Origin: Chiloscyllium plagiosum | Taxonomy: Eukaryota | DNA: 64,000 bases | Assembly: GCF_004010195.1 (NCBI RefSeq) | Contig: NC_057719.1 | Span: forward strand, 90,378,515 to 90,442,514 | Reading direction: 5' to 3' | Shown here: positions 25,485-38,719 of the stretch, one piece after another | Numbering within the stretch: position 1 is the first letter of the stretch | Layout of the letters: each line of letters begins with the position of its first letter | Translations under genes and position numbers: made by a program | Notes under the pieces: generated by a model | Seen by the model: only the letters and a program-made list of their open reading frames with translations | Told to the model about the DNA's origin: nothing | The model's database searches: none

Positions 25485-26125
25485 GGCAGCACAGTGGCTC
25501 AGTGGTTAGCACTGCTGCCTCACAGCACCAGGGACCCAGGTTCAATTCCAGCCTCAGGAGTTTGCACATTCTCCCCATGTCCGCAAGGGCTTTCTGCGGG
25601 TGCTCTGGTTTCATCCCACAACTGAGGACACTGTTTCTGAAGTGCAAGCGTTTACAATGCCAATGCTTTAAGTGCAGTTTCTCAAAACGCAATTTTTCTA
25701 TAATGCAGGATTGCACAAGAACACAATCATCGCGTTATACAAGAACTACCCGTCAAATGCTATTCTATTTGAAAATGCATGTAGTAGTACGGTAAACTGA
25801 AACAAATAAAAGATGACCCATCCACTGCTAATTTGAAAGTGTATTTTGACCAGATGGGAGGAGGACTAAGTGGTGACAACTAAATTATACATGCATGCAC
25901 CTTCCCTTTCTGTAAATTGCAGAAGACCATATTTACACATTGTTGCCAAATCTGTTTGGACATGTGCAGGTTAGGTCAACTGGCCATGCTAAATTGCCCA
26001 TTGGGATGTGTAAGTCAGGGGCAAATATAGGATAGGAGAATGGGTCTGGGTGAGGTACTCTTCGGAGGGTCAGTGTGGACTTGTTCGGCCAATGGGCCTG
26101 TTTCCACACTGTGGGGATTCTGTAG
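25485..26125 (+). mobile_element. HE1-type SINE interrupted by a locally copied segment
   Basis: Head 25485-25620 and body/tail 25962-26125 are collinear with intact copies. Confidence 0.9.
25643..25965 (+). repeat. 323-bp direct duplicate of 27634-27956
   Basis: No mismatches seen from tgcaagcgtttac to tttggacatgt. Confidence 0.95.
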
Positions 26126-26819
26126 GGATTCTATTTACACCATTATTCAACGGAGGCCGACTACTGTCCCAGGATCATTTTGCTTTTGGGCTATGCAGGG
26201 TGCTGAATGAAAGGAAAAGAAAACAGCCGCCCCAGCAAATGAGATGTTTGCATTGTTGGTATCCACACACCTATTTCCCAAAGGAATCATGTAAAGAATA
26301 ATTACTAGGCAACGTAAGACCAAATGTGTCTGGGGTACATGAGACATCAAAACCAGTCAATCTATATTTAAAAAATTAAAAGCTACTTTAATACAACAAA
26401 TTAGAACCTCAGAAGTGTCAAACATTGGAAGCCAATATCTTTCAAGTATGGATGTTGAACTGTCAAACTCATCTACCAGCATTGAGTTCAAAAGGACTCG
26501 GGCTCATCTGAAGAACTAAAGTTGAGACATCCACACACATTAACAATTGTGTTTCACAGCATTACCACATTGGATTTTGGCTGGAAGGTTTGCACTGTGC
26601 ATCCATTGGGCGAGACACAAAAGGCATGAAATTATGTTCTTTGTGCAAGATTTTCAAATCACAGTAACACCTAATCAAACACAAAGCACAATAAAAAATA
26701 TCATAGGATGTATATTTTTACCAATGACAAAAAGGCGGCAGAGATGGAAGGCAGAACCTTCTGTGAAGAAAATATTTACACTGAGCTGGAATGCAGTATT
26801 TGAAAGCTGCTGGACAGAA

Positions 26820-27550
26820 ACAGTAAGGAGGAGGAGTAGACCATTTAGCCCTTTGAACATGCACCACCACCATCATGGTTGATTATCTAACTCAGTACTT
26901 TACTTTTACTTTCTTACCCTTTGATCACTTTAGCACTCAGAACAGCATTTATCATTTACTTGAAAACATTCAACATTTTGGTCTACAAATATACAAAAAA
27001 GGAACAAGAGTAAACCACTCGGACCTTCAATCCTGCTCCACCATTTAATAAGGTCTTGGCTGATTTGATTTTAACCTCAAATCTATATTCCTGTATAGCC
27101 CCAATATTCTTTCATCCCCTTGGCAAATTAAGAATCTATTCATCTCGGCCTTAAAAATATTTCAAAATTCTGCATCCACTGAAGGACTTCCAAAAACTCT
27201 CAACGAGAAAAAATTGCTTCCTCATGTGGTTTAAATGGGGCTCCTCACTTTTAAACTATGACCCTAGTTCTAGATTCGCACACAAGAATAAACACCCTTT
27301 CACAAACTATCCAGGGAATTAAGCTTCAATTTATTCATTTATGGCTCTCAGAATAGAAGTGGGTTAAGTGACTGGGCAAAGATCTGGCAAGTGGAGTATA
27401 ACGTAGAAAAGTGTGAAATTGTCCATTTTGGCAGAAAGAACCAAATGATAAGAGGTTGCACAGTTTCTGGATGCAGAGAGATCTGGGTATCCTAGTGCAT
27501 GAATAAAATGTACCCCTATGCAGGTACAGCAAGCGATCAGGACAGGTAAT
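26820..27550. mobile_element. Old CR1 fragments (3' ends on -, RT piece on + at about 27360-27550)
   Basis: WAKIWQVEYNVEKCEIVHFG-like sequence on +; tail motifs ggagtagaccatt on -. Confidence 0.7.
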
Positions 27551-27551
27551 A

Positions 27552-27743
27552 CAGATCGTTCTACTACAAACGCACGTTTTGTTAACACAAATTCACTGTA
27601 ACGAGATTGACCAATTGGGGACACTTTCTCAAATGCAAGCGTTTACAATGCCAATGCTTTAAGTGCAGTTTCTCAAAACGCAATTTTTCTATAATGCAGG
27701 ATTGCACAAGAACACAATCATCGCGTTATACAAGAACTACCCG
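27552..27743. mobile_element. Complete short MITE
   Basis: Imperfect TIRs cagatcgttctactacaaacgc / gcgttatacaagaactacccg; TA on the left flank. Confidence 0.75.
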
Positions 27744-28224
27744 TCAAATGCTATTCTATTTGAAAATGCATGTAGTAGTACGGTAAACTGAAACAAATAA
27801 AAGATGACCCATCCACTGCTAATTTGAAAGTGTATTTTGACCAGATGGGAGGAGGACTAAGTGGTGACAACTAAATTATACATGCATGCACCTTCCCTTT
27901 CTGTAAATTGCAGAAGACCATATTTACACATTGTTGCCAAATCTGTTTGGACATGTTTCATGAGATTGAAACTATCAGTGGTTTCATTACATGACACTTG
28001 TAACCTGTGCTTCAGAGGTAACCACACCCAAAGCCAAGATTTCCAAGCTAAATGTCCATGAAGTTGGATAGATACCAAAGGGTGCAGTTACATCTTATTC
28101 ACAATAATTAGCAAGACAAATCTAACTCCACTGAGTACTGCTCCAGCTTAACTTCAATCATTAGCAAAACTGTGGAAGATGTTATCAATGGGCACTTGTT
28201 TAATAATAACCTGCTCACCAATTC

Positions 28225-30420
28225 ATCCAGAAACAAAGCTAACCTTCTAAGGACCAGGGTTTGAATCCCGCTACGGCAGATCGTGGAATTTGAAATCACT
28301 AAAAGTATCTGGAATTAAGAAATAAGAATTTACTGATCACCATGAAACCATTGTTGATTGCTGGAAAAACCCACCCGTATCCCTAAAGTCCTGCAGGGAA
28401 AGAAAAATGCCATCTAGTCTACATGTGACTCCAGAGCGACTGCAATGGGGTTGACTCTCAACAATGGCTTAGCAAAACACTTGCTATAAAACTTTAACAA
28501 AGAAACAAAACCCCACAGACTATCTGGCATCGACTCAGGTACCAGAGTAAGCAACAGCAAAAACAGCCCCAAAGTCCTTCTCACTAACGTTTGGCAGCCC
28601 ATGCCAAAACTTGGAAAACTGATGAGTCATGCAACAACCTAACATAGTCATACTCACAGAGTTATACCATACAAATGTCCCAAATACCTCCATCACCAAC
28701 CCTAGATATAATCTGCCCAACCAGTAGGACAGACTAGCAGAGATGGCTGTACACTGGTATACAGTCGAGAGGGAGTTGCCCTTGGAGTCTTCGACACAGA
28801 CTCCAGATCCCATGAAGTCTCATGGCCTCAGGTTAAACATGGGCAAAGAAATCTCCTCTTGATTACCACATAGTGACCTCTTTTGGGTGATAATTCAATG
28901 CTCCTGAAAAGTGAACAACACTTGGAAGAAGCACTGAAGGTCCTCTGCAGAATGAAATTTCCCATCCAGAGGACAATGTCCACCACCAGGAACAGAACTG
29001 CATCAGCACTACTGATCAAGTAGCTGCTAAACTGGCTCTAGCAGGTGGTAAGGGAACCAACAAGAGGGAAAAACATATTTGACCTCATCCTTACTAAGGT
29101 GCCAGTACAGATGCATCTATCCACAAAAGTCTCCACTAGGATTGGATGGTGGCCACCCCTACCAATGCTATCTATTACTGATATTTTTTGTTGAATTCAA
29201 ATTCCACCATGTGCCATAGTTGCAACTGTGAAGACCCACCTTCACATTGAGAATACCCTCCACTGTGTTGTGTGACACGATCACCATGCTAAATCGAACA
29301 GACTTCAAACAGGAGGACATGCCAGGAACATCCTATTAACACCTCATTAGTCTACTCTCAATAGTCAGTAAAATGATGCAACCTGTCAACAACAGTGCTC
29401 CCAAACAGCACCCGCTCTACAATAACCTGTCCAGTGATGTCTGTTTGGATTCCATCAAGGCCACACAGTTTCTGATCTCATTACAGCTTTGGTTCAAACA
29501 TGGATAAAAGAGATAAATTCCAGATGTTGACGAAGAGCGACTAAGACCATATTTGACCAAATGTGGCATCAAGAAGGTCAGCCGAGGACAAGTTCCTCAG
29601 GGCCTAAACATCGTCAGCTGCTTTGTCAATGGCCTTCCTTCCATCTTAAGGTCTGAAGTGGGGATGACTCCACAATATTGAGTATCATTTATGACTCCTG
29701 AAGCAGTCCATGTTCAATTGCAATAAATCTAGATAATATCCTGGTTTGGGCTGACGAGTAGCAATAGCATTCATGCCACACGAATACCAGGCGATGACCA
29801 TCACCAATAAGAGAATCTAACCACCACCCCTTGATATTCAATGGTATCACCATTACTGAATTCCACAATAACAACATTCTGTTGGCTACCATTGACTAGA
29901 AATTCAATTGGACTCACCACATGAACACAATGGCTGCAAGAGCAGGTCAGAGGTTAGGAATACTGCAGCTCGTAAGAATACTCCCTAAAGCCTGTCCTCA
30001 CTGGCATCAATGAATGCAGCTCCAATAACACTCAAAAGGCTCAACACCATCTAGGACAAAGTAGCCACTTGATCAACACCGCATCCACTAACATCCACTT
30101 CCTCCACCACCAACCACTCTCAGGAGCAGCAGTCTATACTAACTACCAGATGCAGTGCAGAAAATCTCCAAAGATCCTTAGATAATATCTTCCAAACCAA
30201 CGACATCTAGAAGGACAAGAGCAGCAAATACATGGGAAGTTCCCCTCCAAGCCACTCACCATCCTGATTTAGAAATAGGATTTTCACTGTTCATTCACTG
30301 TTGCTGGGTCAAAATGCTGGCATACCCTCCATCATGGCATTGTGGGTCTACCTACATGTGGACTACAGCAGCTCATGACCTCCTTCTTAATAAAAGGCAA
30401 AAAATGCAAGCCAGCCAGTG
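28225..30420 (+). mobile_element. Old APE-type LINE (CR1/L2 group) with tRNA-like 5' head
   Basis: B-box-like ggtttgaatccc at about 28258; endonuclease start (ctcactaacgtttgg...atagtcatactcacagag); RT remnants; related pieces at about 30780-31510, 57860-58390 (-) and 63760-64000. Confidence 0.7.
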
Positions 30421-31132
30421 ACTGCAACAAGGAGGCCAAATACTTCACAGGGCCATGTGATGTTAGCATTGTAGGGACACAGAAACACTAACTAGAACTG
30501 TGTAAAGGTCCTATCGCACTCTCAGCTACTTCCCAGTCTCACACCCCTCCCATTTATCTCACCACACCCTCCAAGGAAACACTGATGTCCTGACCAAAAT
30601 TTATCCCTAAATGAATTTCAGCGAAACGAAATCTGGCAATTGCCAACTCATTGTTTGTGCAATCTTACTTAAAACAGAGAGTACATTCCAGAAATTACAG
30701 AAAGCAACAGGGAACAATGCGAAAAACTCTACAGAAACACAATTCTTTTCCTTCTATTAACAATTCTGAAATCATTATGTACCAGGGGAAATACTCACTA
30801 GTGACTGAAAGATAGGAGAGGAAAATTGTTGCAGTTGTTGACACACATTCATCACCGCAGGTGTTCCACAGGACAGAGTCCTAGACTTACACATCTTCAG
30901 CTACTTCATCTATGTCCTTCCCTCCGATTATAGAGTCTCGTAATAAAAGTAGCCTTCAGCTATAATTTCAAATTTTCAGGTAATCAAGCAGCCCATGTCC
31001 ACACGAATTAATTCAAGGTCAACATCCAGCATTTGGCTAAGGGTCAACTAATATTTGCATCAGAATTGCCAAGCAATAATCACCTTCAACAAGAGAAATT
31101 AGAACCAGCCTTTTATGGCAATACCATTGCCA

Positions 31133-31428
31133 ATTAGATTAGTGTGGAAACATGCCCTTCAGCCCAACAAATCCACACCGACCCGTCGAAGCGCAACCAA
31201 CCCAGACCCATTCCCCTACATTTACCCCTTCACCTAACACTACGGGCAATTTAGCGTGGCCAACTCACCTGACCTGCACATTTTTGGACTGTGGGAGGAA
31301 ACCGGAGCACCCGGAGGAAACCTACGCAGACACGGGGAGAACGTGCAAACTCCACACAGTCGCCTGAGGCGGGAATTGAACCCGGGTCTCTGACTCTGCG
31401 AGACAGCAGTGCTAACCACTTTGCCGCC
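31133..31428 (-). mobile_element. HE1-type SINE
   Basis: Near-consensus body; attagattag tail. Confidence 0.93.
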
Positions 31429-31619
31429 CTAAGCACTACCTCCACTACCAATATTCTTGGGATTGTCATTGACCAGAAGCTCAACTGGACCATCCATATA
31501 AGTTAACTGAAACACAGCTAAGATATTCTGCTGTTGATTTTATTCATTTTATTCATCTCTCAATTACAACCACATCACTACCTAAATGTTTAGACAAGAA
31601 TATAATGCAACACAAAAAA

Positions 31620-32460
31620 AAATTTACAAGGAACAAGCGTACGCCAACTGGACTTTTGAGCCTCCTACTCTGCCATTCATGACTGACCTAATGATTCAAT
31701 ATTCTCACATACTCCTGATAACCTTCAACCCTATTGCTCAGAATCTGTACCTTAAAAATATTCACCACCTTATGAGGAAGAAAACTCGAAAGGCGCATGG
31801 TTCTTACAGAAAAATAATCATTTTTCTCTAAAATAGGCAAACCCTCATCTTTAAACAGTGACCCCCTAGTTCCAAATTCTCCCCTTTGAGTCTCCTCAGG
31901 CCCTTTTATGTTTCAATCAAGTCATCCTCTTCTAACCTCCAGAGGATAAGTCAAACCTATCCAATCTTTCTTCATAAGACCACTTGACCATTGTAGGTTT
32001 CAGTAGGTCTTCTCTGAACTGCTTCCAACACATTTACACCCTCCCTTAAATAAGGAAACAAATATTATGTATAGTTTGAAAATAGAAATTACTGGAGAAA
32101 GCCAACTGATCTGCAGCATCTATAAAGAGAAACAGTTAACATTTCAAATCCAGTGGTCCTTCTTTAGAACTGTACATAGTACTCCTGAAATGGTCTGAAG
32201 CACAACATCTCTACTTTTGTACTCAGTTCCCTTCACAATAAACAATATCATCCTATGAGCTTTCCTAATCATTTGCAGTGCCTGCATATTAATATTCTGC
32301 AATTTATAGACTAGGATATGTCTACATCTCAAGCTTCACAATCTCTCACCACTTAGATAATATAATTCTTTTTTATTCTGTCTGTGGACAAACTCACGTT
32401 TTCCCCACATTGTACTCCATTTGCCACATCTTTGCCCCAGCTTTAACCTACGTGCATCCA
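31620..32460 (-). mobile_element. Old CR1 3' fragment
   Basis: ORF 32144-32332 IRKAHRMILFIVKGTEYKSRDVVLQ. Confidence 0.75.
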
Positions 32461-34354
32461 CATTGGTCAGCAGCCAATTCATCAACTTTAAAACCCCTTC
32501 CTTCCACCAATCATACTATAGTTTTGTGAATGCACCATTAGCATCTGGAGTACAACACTTCTGCCAGCACTGTTGCAACCAAATACAATTGCTCAACAGT
32601 ATTTCCAAGTCAGTTCTTCCATAGCAAAGGTGGGAATGTGAAAACTATCCATAGCCTGAAGCCACAACCAGACATAACAACGGCGTTTTGATTGTGAGTA
32701 AACATGCAAGTGCAACCTTCGCAATTTTTGCATTGAATTGATTGTTTAGAAACAAGCTATTATGTCCCAACACTTAGTGTTTATCCTCCACAAGTACCTC
32801 CTCCCACTCTGCTTCATCACACCCCAACAACAGACAATTTTCCATCACTATGAGGTTTTGACAAATTAACAATTTCTGCAAGCTAAACATTTACTCAGAA
32901 AAATCATAATGACAAAACGTGAAGAACCATGAACTTCAAAGCACTGAAATCATTTTTAATCAGTCAATATCCTAGTCAGAAGACCACAGATATTGGTTGA
33001 CTCCTATTTCTACTCTCTAAATCATAAGACAACAACAAAATAACAGGTTCCATATAAATGTCACTGCATATAATGCTGAAGTCAGGCTAAGTGTTACCCA
33101 ACTCTGCAATTATAATGACAGTTTCATATTTTAATGACTTGTCTCTTCAGTGTAATGCTGTGGTACCTCATGAGTAAATGACACTTCATTAAAGGGAAAT
33201 TGTTTGCCTATATAAATGAAAAAAATAATGCCAGCTCTTCACCCTCATATTATCCACACAGTTCACATTACCCATTGGGAGCTAATTTTCACAATAAACG
33301 ATTTATCTAAAGCAGATGTCAGATTGCAAACTAATTTCAATAATTTTTATGTCCATTGACATCTAAGTGGCAGCTGTCCCGTGGAATGTGATCACAATGA
33401 TCAAGTTTGTAAATGCATTGCCAAGTAAAACATAATTTTCAGGCTGCTTATTGCTAAGAGAGAGCCACCGACAGACATTAGGTTTCAAGATGGTGAAAAG
33501 GGCTTGAATTAGGAGGTTTCTGCTGTCTTGGGAGCAGAGGAGGAGAAGAACAGGAACATTAAACCATTTTTAAGAATGGCCTCGTTGTACAATTGGCGAC
33601 AACTTTTGCTGAATCCCAATGGAGAGAATAAGCTGACAAAGGACTATACTCAATTACAGTAAATGATGGCACATCTGGCAGCACCAACTGGGTTTAAAAG
33701 TCGCTTAAATATTGTAAACTCCCACAACTGGGAAACTCTATTTTAGCTGCCAGACAGTAAATCAATTAAGCTCACCCAAGCAGCAGAGAAGTCACGCCTT
33801 TTCATGGTAACAAACAGCTACAAACTCAGCCAACATGGATATATGCCAACAGTGAGGATTGGAAAATAAAGAAACAGTGGATGCAGTGCAGTTGTATTTT
33901 CAAAAAAAAAAATTAAGATACAAACAAGAGGATATTACACACAATTAGGGCAGATGGAATTGAAGGTAACAATATTGGCAGAGTGTTATGGTAGTGTGCC
34001 ATATATCAAGTCCACTTTCCCAAAGTCTTAGCAAACGTTGAGGACTTCATTTCAAAAAAAGTATCTCAAATTTATCTGACTTTCAAGACCAAGTCTGGTA
34101 GAACGCACAGACTAAATTCCTGTGCTCAACAAGAATTCTTATTTATTACAAGATATTAGACCACAGCTACGGGTAAACAGAGATAAACATTGGCCATCTT
34201 CCTTCCCACTTATCTGCTCCACTCTCCTCTCTGACCTATCACTTTCGCCCCCACCTTCATCAATGTATCGTATTCCCAGCCCCCTCCCATTTATCTCTCA
34301 GCACCTTTGGCCCATAAGCCTCATTCCTGACAATGGGCTGATGTCAGAAATGTC

Positions 34355-34830
34355 GATGATCGATATGGAAAGCAGTAAGGCTTTCAACAAGGTTTCGCAT
34401 GGTAGATTTTTTAGCAAGGTTAGATCACAGAATAGAGGAATTTGGATACAGAACAACTCAATGATAAGTAGTGGGTTAAGAGGGTTAGTTTTCAGACTGG
34501 AGGCCTGTGACCAGTGGTGTATCATAAGGCTAAGTCCTGGGTCCGCTGCTTTTCATCATTTGTATAAATGGTTTGGATATAAACATAGAAGATATGGTTA
34601 GTAAGTTTGCAGATGACACCAAAATTGGAGGTGCAGTGGACAGCAAGAAAGGTTACCTCAGAATACGAGATCTTGATCAAATGGTTCGGTGGGCAAATGA
34701 GTGGTAGATGGATTTTAATTCAGATAAATGTGAGGTGCTGCATTTTGGAAAGGCAAATCAGGGCAGGACTTACATAATTAGTGATAAGATCCTGGGAGTG
34801 TTGCTGAACAAAGAGACTTTGGATTTCACG
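34355..34830 (+). mobile_element. CR1 RT fragment preceded by PLE terminus (about 34190-34357)
   Basis: SKAFNKVSHGR, FADDTK, MDFNSDKCEVLHFG. Confidence 0.85.
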
Positions 34831-35219
34831 TGCACTGTAATAACTGATTCAGTCAATTACATTTTGAAAAAAAAGGCAAAACATATCAGCTATTGAATAA
34901 AAATAAACTACATTCTGACATGAAACACAAAACAGATCATGCAAAATTATCTTATCCTATCACAGAATTATACAGCACAGAAGAAGCCTTCAGCACATCA
35001 AAAACATAATACTATCTATACTAGTCCATTTTCCCACTCTGGACACATTCTAAAACTTCAAGTAGCTTTTAAATGTTGTGAGGCAATGCATTCTAGACTC
35101 CCACTAACTTCTGGTTGAAACTTTTTTTCCTCAAACCCCTTCTAAACCTGCTGCCTTTCACTTTAAGATTATGCCCCCTTGTTATTGATCCTTCAACTAA
35201 TGGGAACAGCTGCTTTCGA

Positions 35220-36970
35220 TTCACCCATCTATTTCCCTACATTCAATGTCTTCCATGTCGCTTTCCACAGTAAATAGTGATGCAAAATACTCGTTTAGAA
35301 TCTTCCCTATCTCCTGTGGCTCCACACAAAGATGACCTTGCTTATCTTTGAGGGGCCAGATTCTCTCCCTCATTACCCTTTTGTCCATAATGTATTTGTA
35401 AAAACCCTTTGGATTCTCCTTAATTCTATTTGCCAAAGCTATCTCATGTCCCCTTTTTGTCCTCCTGATTTCCCTCATAAGTTTATTCCTACTTTCTTTA
35501 TACTCTTCGAAGGATTCACTCGATCTCTCCTGTCTATACCTTACATATGCTTCCTTCTTTTTCTTAACCAAACCCTCAATTTTTTTGAGTCATCCAGCAT
35601 TCCCTACACCTATCAGCCTTTCCTTCACCCTAACAGGAATATACTTTCTCTGGACTCTTGTTATCTCATTTCTGAAGGCTTCCCATTTTCCAGCCGTCCC
35701 TTTACCTGCGAACATCTGCCCCAATCAGCTTTTGAAAATTCTTCCCTAACACCGTCAAAATTAGCCTTCCTCCAAATTAGAACTTCAACTTTTAAATGTG
35801 GTTTATCATTTTCCATCACTATTTTAAAACTAATGGAATTATGCTTGCTGGCCCTTATGTGCTCCCCCAATGACAGCTCAGTCACCTGTCTTACTTCTCA
35901 AGAGTAGGTCAAGTTTTGCACCTTCTCTCGTAGGTACATCCACATATACTGAATCAGAAAATTGTCTTGCACACACTTAACAAATTCCTCTCCATCTAAA
36001 TCTTTAACACTATGGCAGTCCCAGTATATGTTTGTAAAGTTAAAATCCCCTATCATAACCACCCTATTATTCTTACAGATAACTGAGATCTCCTCACAAG
36101 TTTGTTTCTCAATTTCCCATAGACTATTGGGAGGTCTATAATACAATCCCAATAAGGTGATCATCCATTTATTATTTCTCAGTTCCACCCAAATAACTTC
36201 CCAGGATATATTCCCAGCAATATCCTCCCTCAGTACAGCTGTAATGCTATCCCTGATCAAAAACGCCACTCCCCCTCTGGGCAGCACGGTGGCACAGTGG
36301 TTAGCGCTGCTGCCTCACAGCGCCAGAGACCCAGGTTCAATGCCCCTCTCAGGTGACTGTCTGTGTGGAGTTTGCACATTCTCCCCCCATGTCTGCATGG
36401 GTTTCGTCCTGGTGCTCTGGTTTCCTCCCACAGTCCAAAGATGTGCAGGTTAGGTAAATTGGCTATGCTAAATTGCCTGTAGTGTTAGGTGAAGGGGTAA
36501 ATGTAGGGGAATGGGTCTGGGTGGGTTGTTCTTCAGAGGGTCGATGTAGACTTGTTGGGCCGAAGGGCCTGTTTCCACACTGTAAGTAATCTAATCTAAT
36601 CTAGCCTCCCTTTCTGTCCTTCCACTAGAGAGTCCCCAACGCAATCGACCTCTTGGAACCCAACGTACCTATCATAGTCACAGAAGACTCCAGCACAACT
36701 TGCCTACCTCTTTTAGCTTTCCTGGAGTTAACCCTTCTATGTGACTGTATCTGCAACTTTTCCCCCTTCTTATAACTGACATCCATCACACCCCTTGCTC
36801 TTGTAAATTCCTCATTGCCTCTAACTGTCTCTCTAGCCAATCCATTCGAACCCATTTATAAAAATCACAAAAAGCAGAGGTCCCAGAACAGATGCCTGTG
36901 GAACACCATTGGTTACCGACCTCCAGGCTGAACACTTTCCATCTCCTACCACCCTGTCTTCTGTGGTCCA
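35220..36970 (-). mobile_element. CR1 LINE (ORF1 end, endonuclease, linker)
   Basis: ORFs GGVAFLIRD...YYRPPNS...IGDFNF and RIKENPKGFYKY. Confidence 0.92.
36279..36603 (+). mobile_element. HE1-type SINE inserted in CR1
   Basis: Full head with A/B boxes; (AATCT)n tail. Confidence 0.95.
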
Positions 36971-37255
36971 GGTGAGTTCTCTTTCTAATTCTCTCATGGG
37001 TATTGCTGGCAGGCCAGTATTTATTTCCCATCCAAAACTGTTCTGCTGCCTTTTTGAATTATGATGGACTTTACTGATAATTTGCCAATGGAGCTGAGTT
37101 GAAGAATGCCTAACTACCTTTTGATTTCCAAATCTATCACCGTTTCTACCCCTAAGCTCCAGTACTTCGTCTCATTCTGTTATTATAATATCAAGATTTC
37201 TTCTAAGATCTCTTCCCTCCAACGCGTGAATGTATTTGTCAGCTGGTAAAGCTAC

Positions 37256-37282
37256 CTGGTTCAGAGGGTGGTATAACTTCAG
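37256..37282 (-). CDS. Possible 27-nt microexon
   Basis: Acceptor tgttttctttcAG; weak donor CAG|GTAGCT; length divisible by 3 (LKLYHPLNQ or xEVIPPSEP). Confidence 0.2.
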
Positions 37283-37684
37283 CTGAAAGAAAACAGTGTA
37301 AACAAAATACAGCTGTCATCATTAGCCAAGGTGCCTCCAGCCTTGTCATTCTTTAAACCACAGCTAGAATTTCAACCCTCACTGTGTGCAATTTGTGAGG
37401 AATTTGATACTAATAGAGTATTCGCCCTTGTCCATAAATGCTCCAAAACTGGGTTCAATATTCATCTCAACTCCCTCTTTAATCAAATTAGCACAAATAA
37501 AATAGTATTTTGTGCTTCAGGCAGCAATCTAATTTATCAGATCAGTTATTTTATTCACTTGGAACAACATGGCCAAATTCAAATTCAAATTCAAAATCAG
37601 TTAAGGACTGCAAAGCATATGCTTTATCAATGCTGCATTTAAATCAAACTTCAAGTAGAGCTGTACTTAATGCATGGTAGGAAA

Positions 37685-38012
37685 TCACAGAAGCCCTACA
37701 GTGCGGGAGCAGCCTATTTGGCCCATCAAGTCCACATTGACTTCTGAAGTCCCCCACGCACTGCCTCGCTGTAACCCTGCATTTCCCATGGCTAATCCAC
37801 TTACTCTGCACATCCCTGGATACTATGGGCAATTTAGCACAGCCAATTCATCTTGCCTGCACATCTTCAGAGTGTGGGAGAAAACTGGAACACGAGAAGT
37901 AACCCACGCAGAGAAGTTGCAAACTCCACACAGACAGTCACCCAAAAGTGAAACGGAACCCAGGTCCCAAATGTGTGAGGCAGAAGAGCTAACCGCTGAG
38001 CCACTTTGCCAT
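37685..38012 (-). mobile_element. HE1-type SINE, diverged
   Basis: Collinear with other copies. Confidence 0.88.
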
Positions 38013-38719
38013 GCCAGTGTTAACACTATCTAAAAATGGCTTGACATAACTTCTCCACTGACACACAACTGCACCCAAACATTTGTGTCTCCGAGTCAAT
38101 TATTAGCACACTATGCAGTATTACAGGTTACATTTGATATGCAAATTACTTAAAATCAGACAATACCTTTGTTGGAAGCAACACCACACAGACAAAAGGC
38201 ATGTTTTGATAAAGCTCTCAGACATTTTGATGAGTTATGCAAGGGTACATTTTGATAGATTATTTCCACTGCTCAAGAGATTATACAAGGACATAAAACT
38301 ATAACCACAAAAGATGGAGAGACAATAATGCTTTGAACAGACGATGTTACAACAAGGAATTCTCTGCCACAAAATGATTGCTGAAACAGAAATTAAACAA
38401 TGCTTGAAAAGATATTAAACAATAAGCTCAAGAACTGAGCTGAAGACAATAATTACAAACAAATAATAGAATCCCTACAAACAGGCCATTTGGCCCATCA
38501 AGCCCACACCAACCCTCAGGAGAAAATGCTGGCAGCCTTGAGTTAATTAGCTGTAACCTCCTTTGACTTCACAAAATACAGAATAAGTACATGTGACTGA
38601 TTCAGTAACTCTACTTTGCTAGTTATAGTGATCCTTTGAATATTTGTAGCACATTTTCAATTTATTCCATGACAGGTGCCTGAAATGCCATTTCAAATTC
38701 AGGCTCAACATCATAATGA

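Noticed and set aside
36279..36350. tRNA-like A/B boxes
   Set aside because: SINE heads continuing into SINE bodies, not tRNA genes
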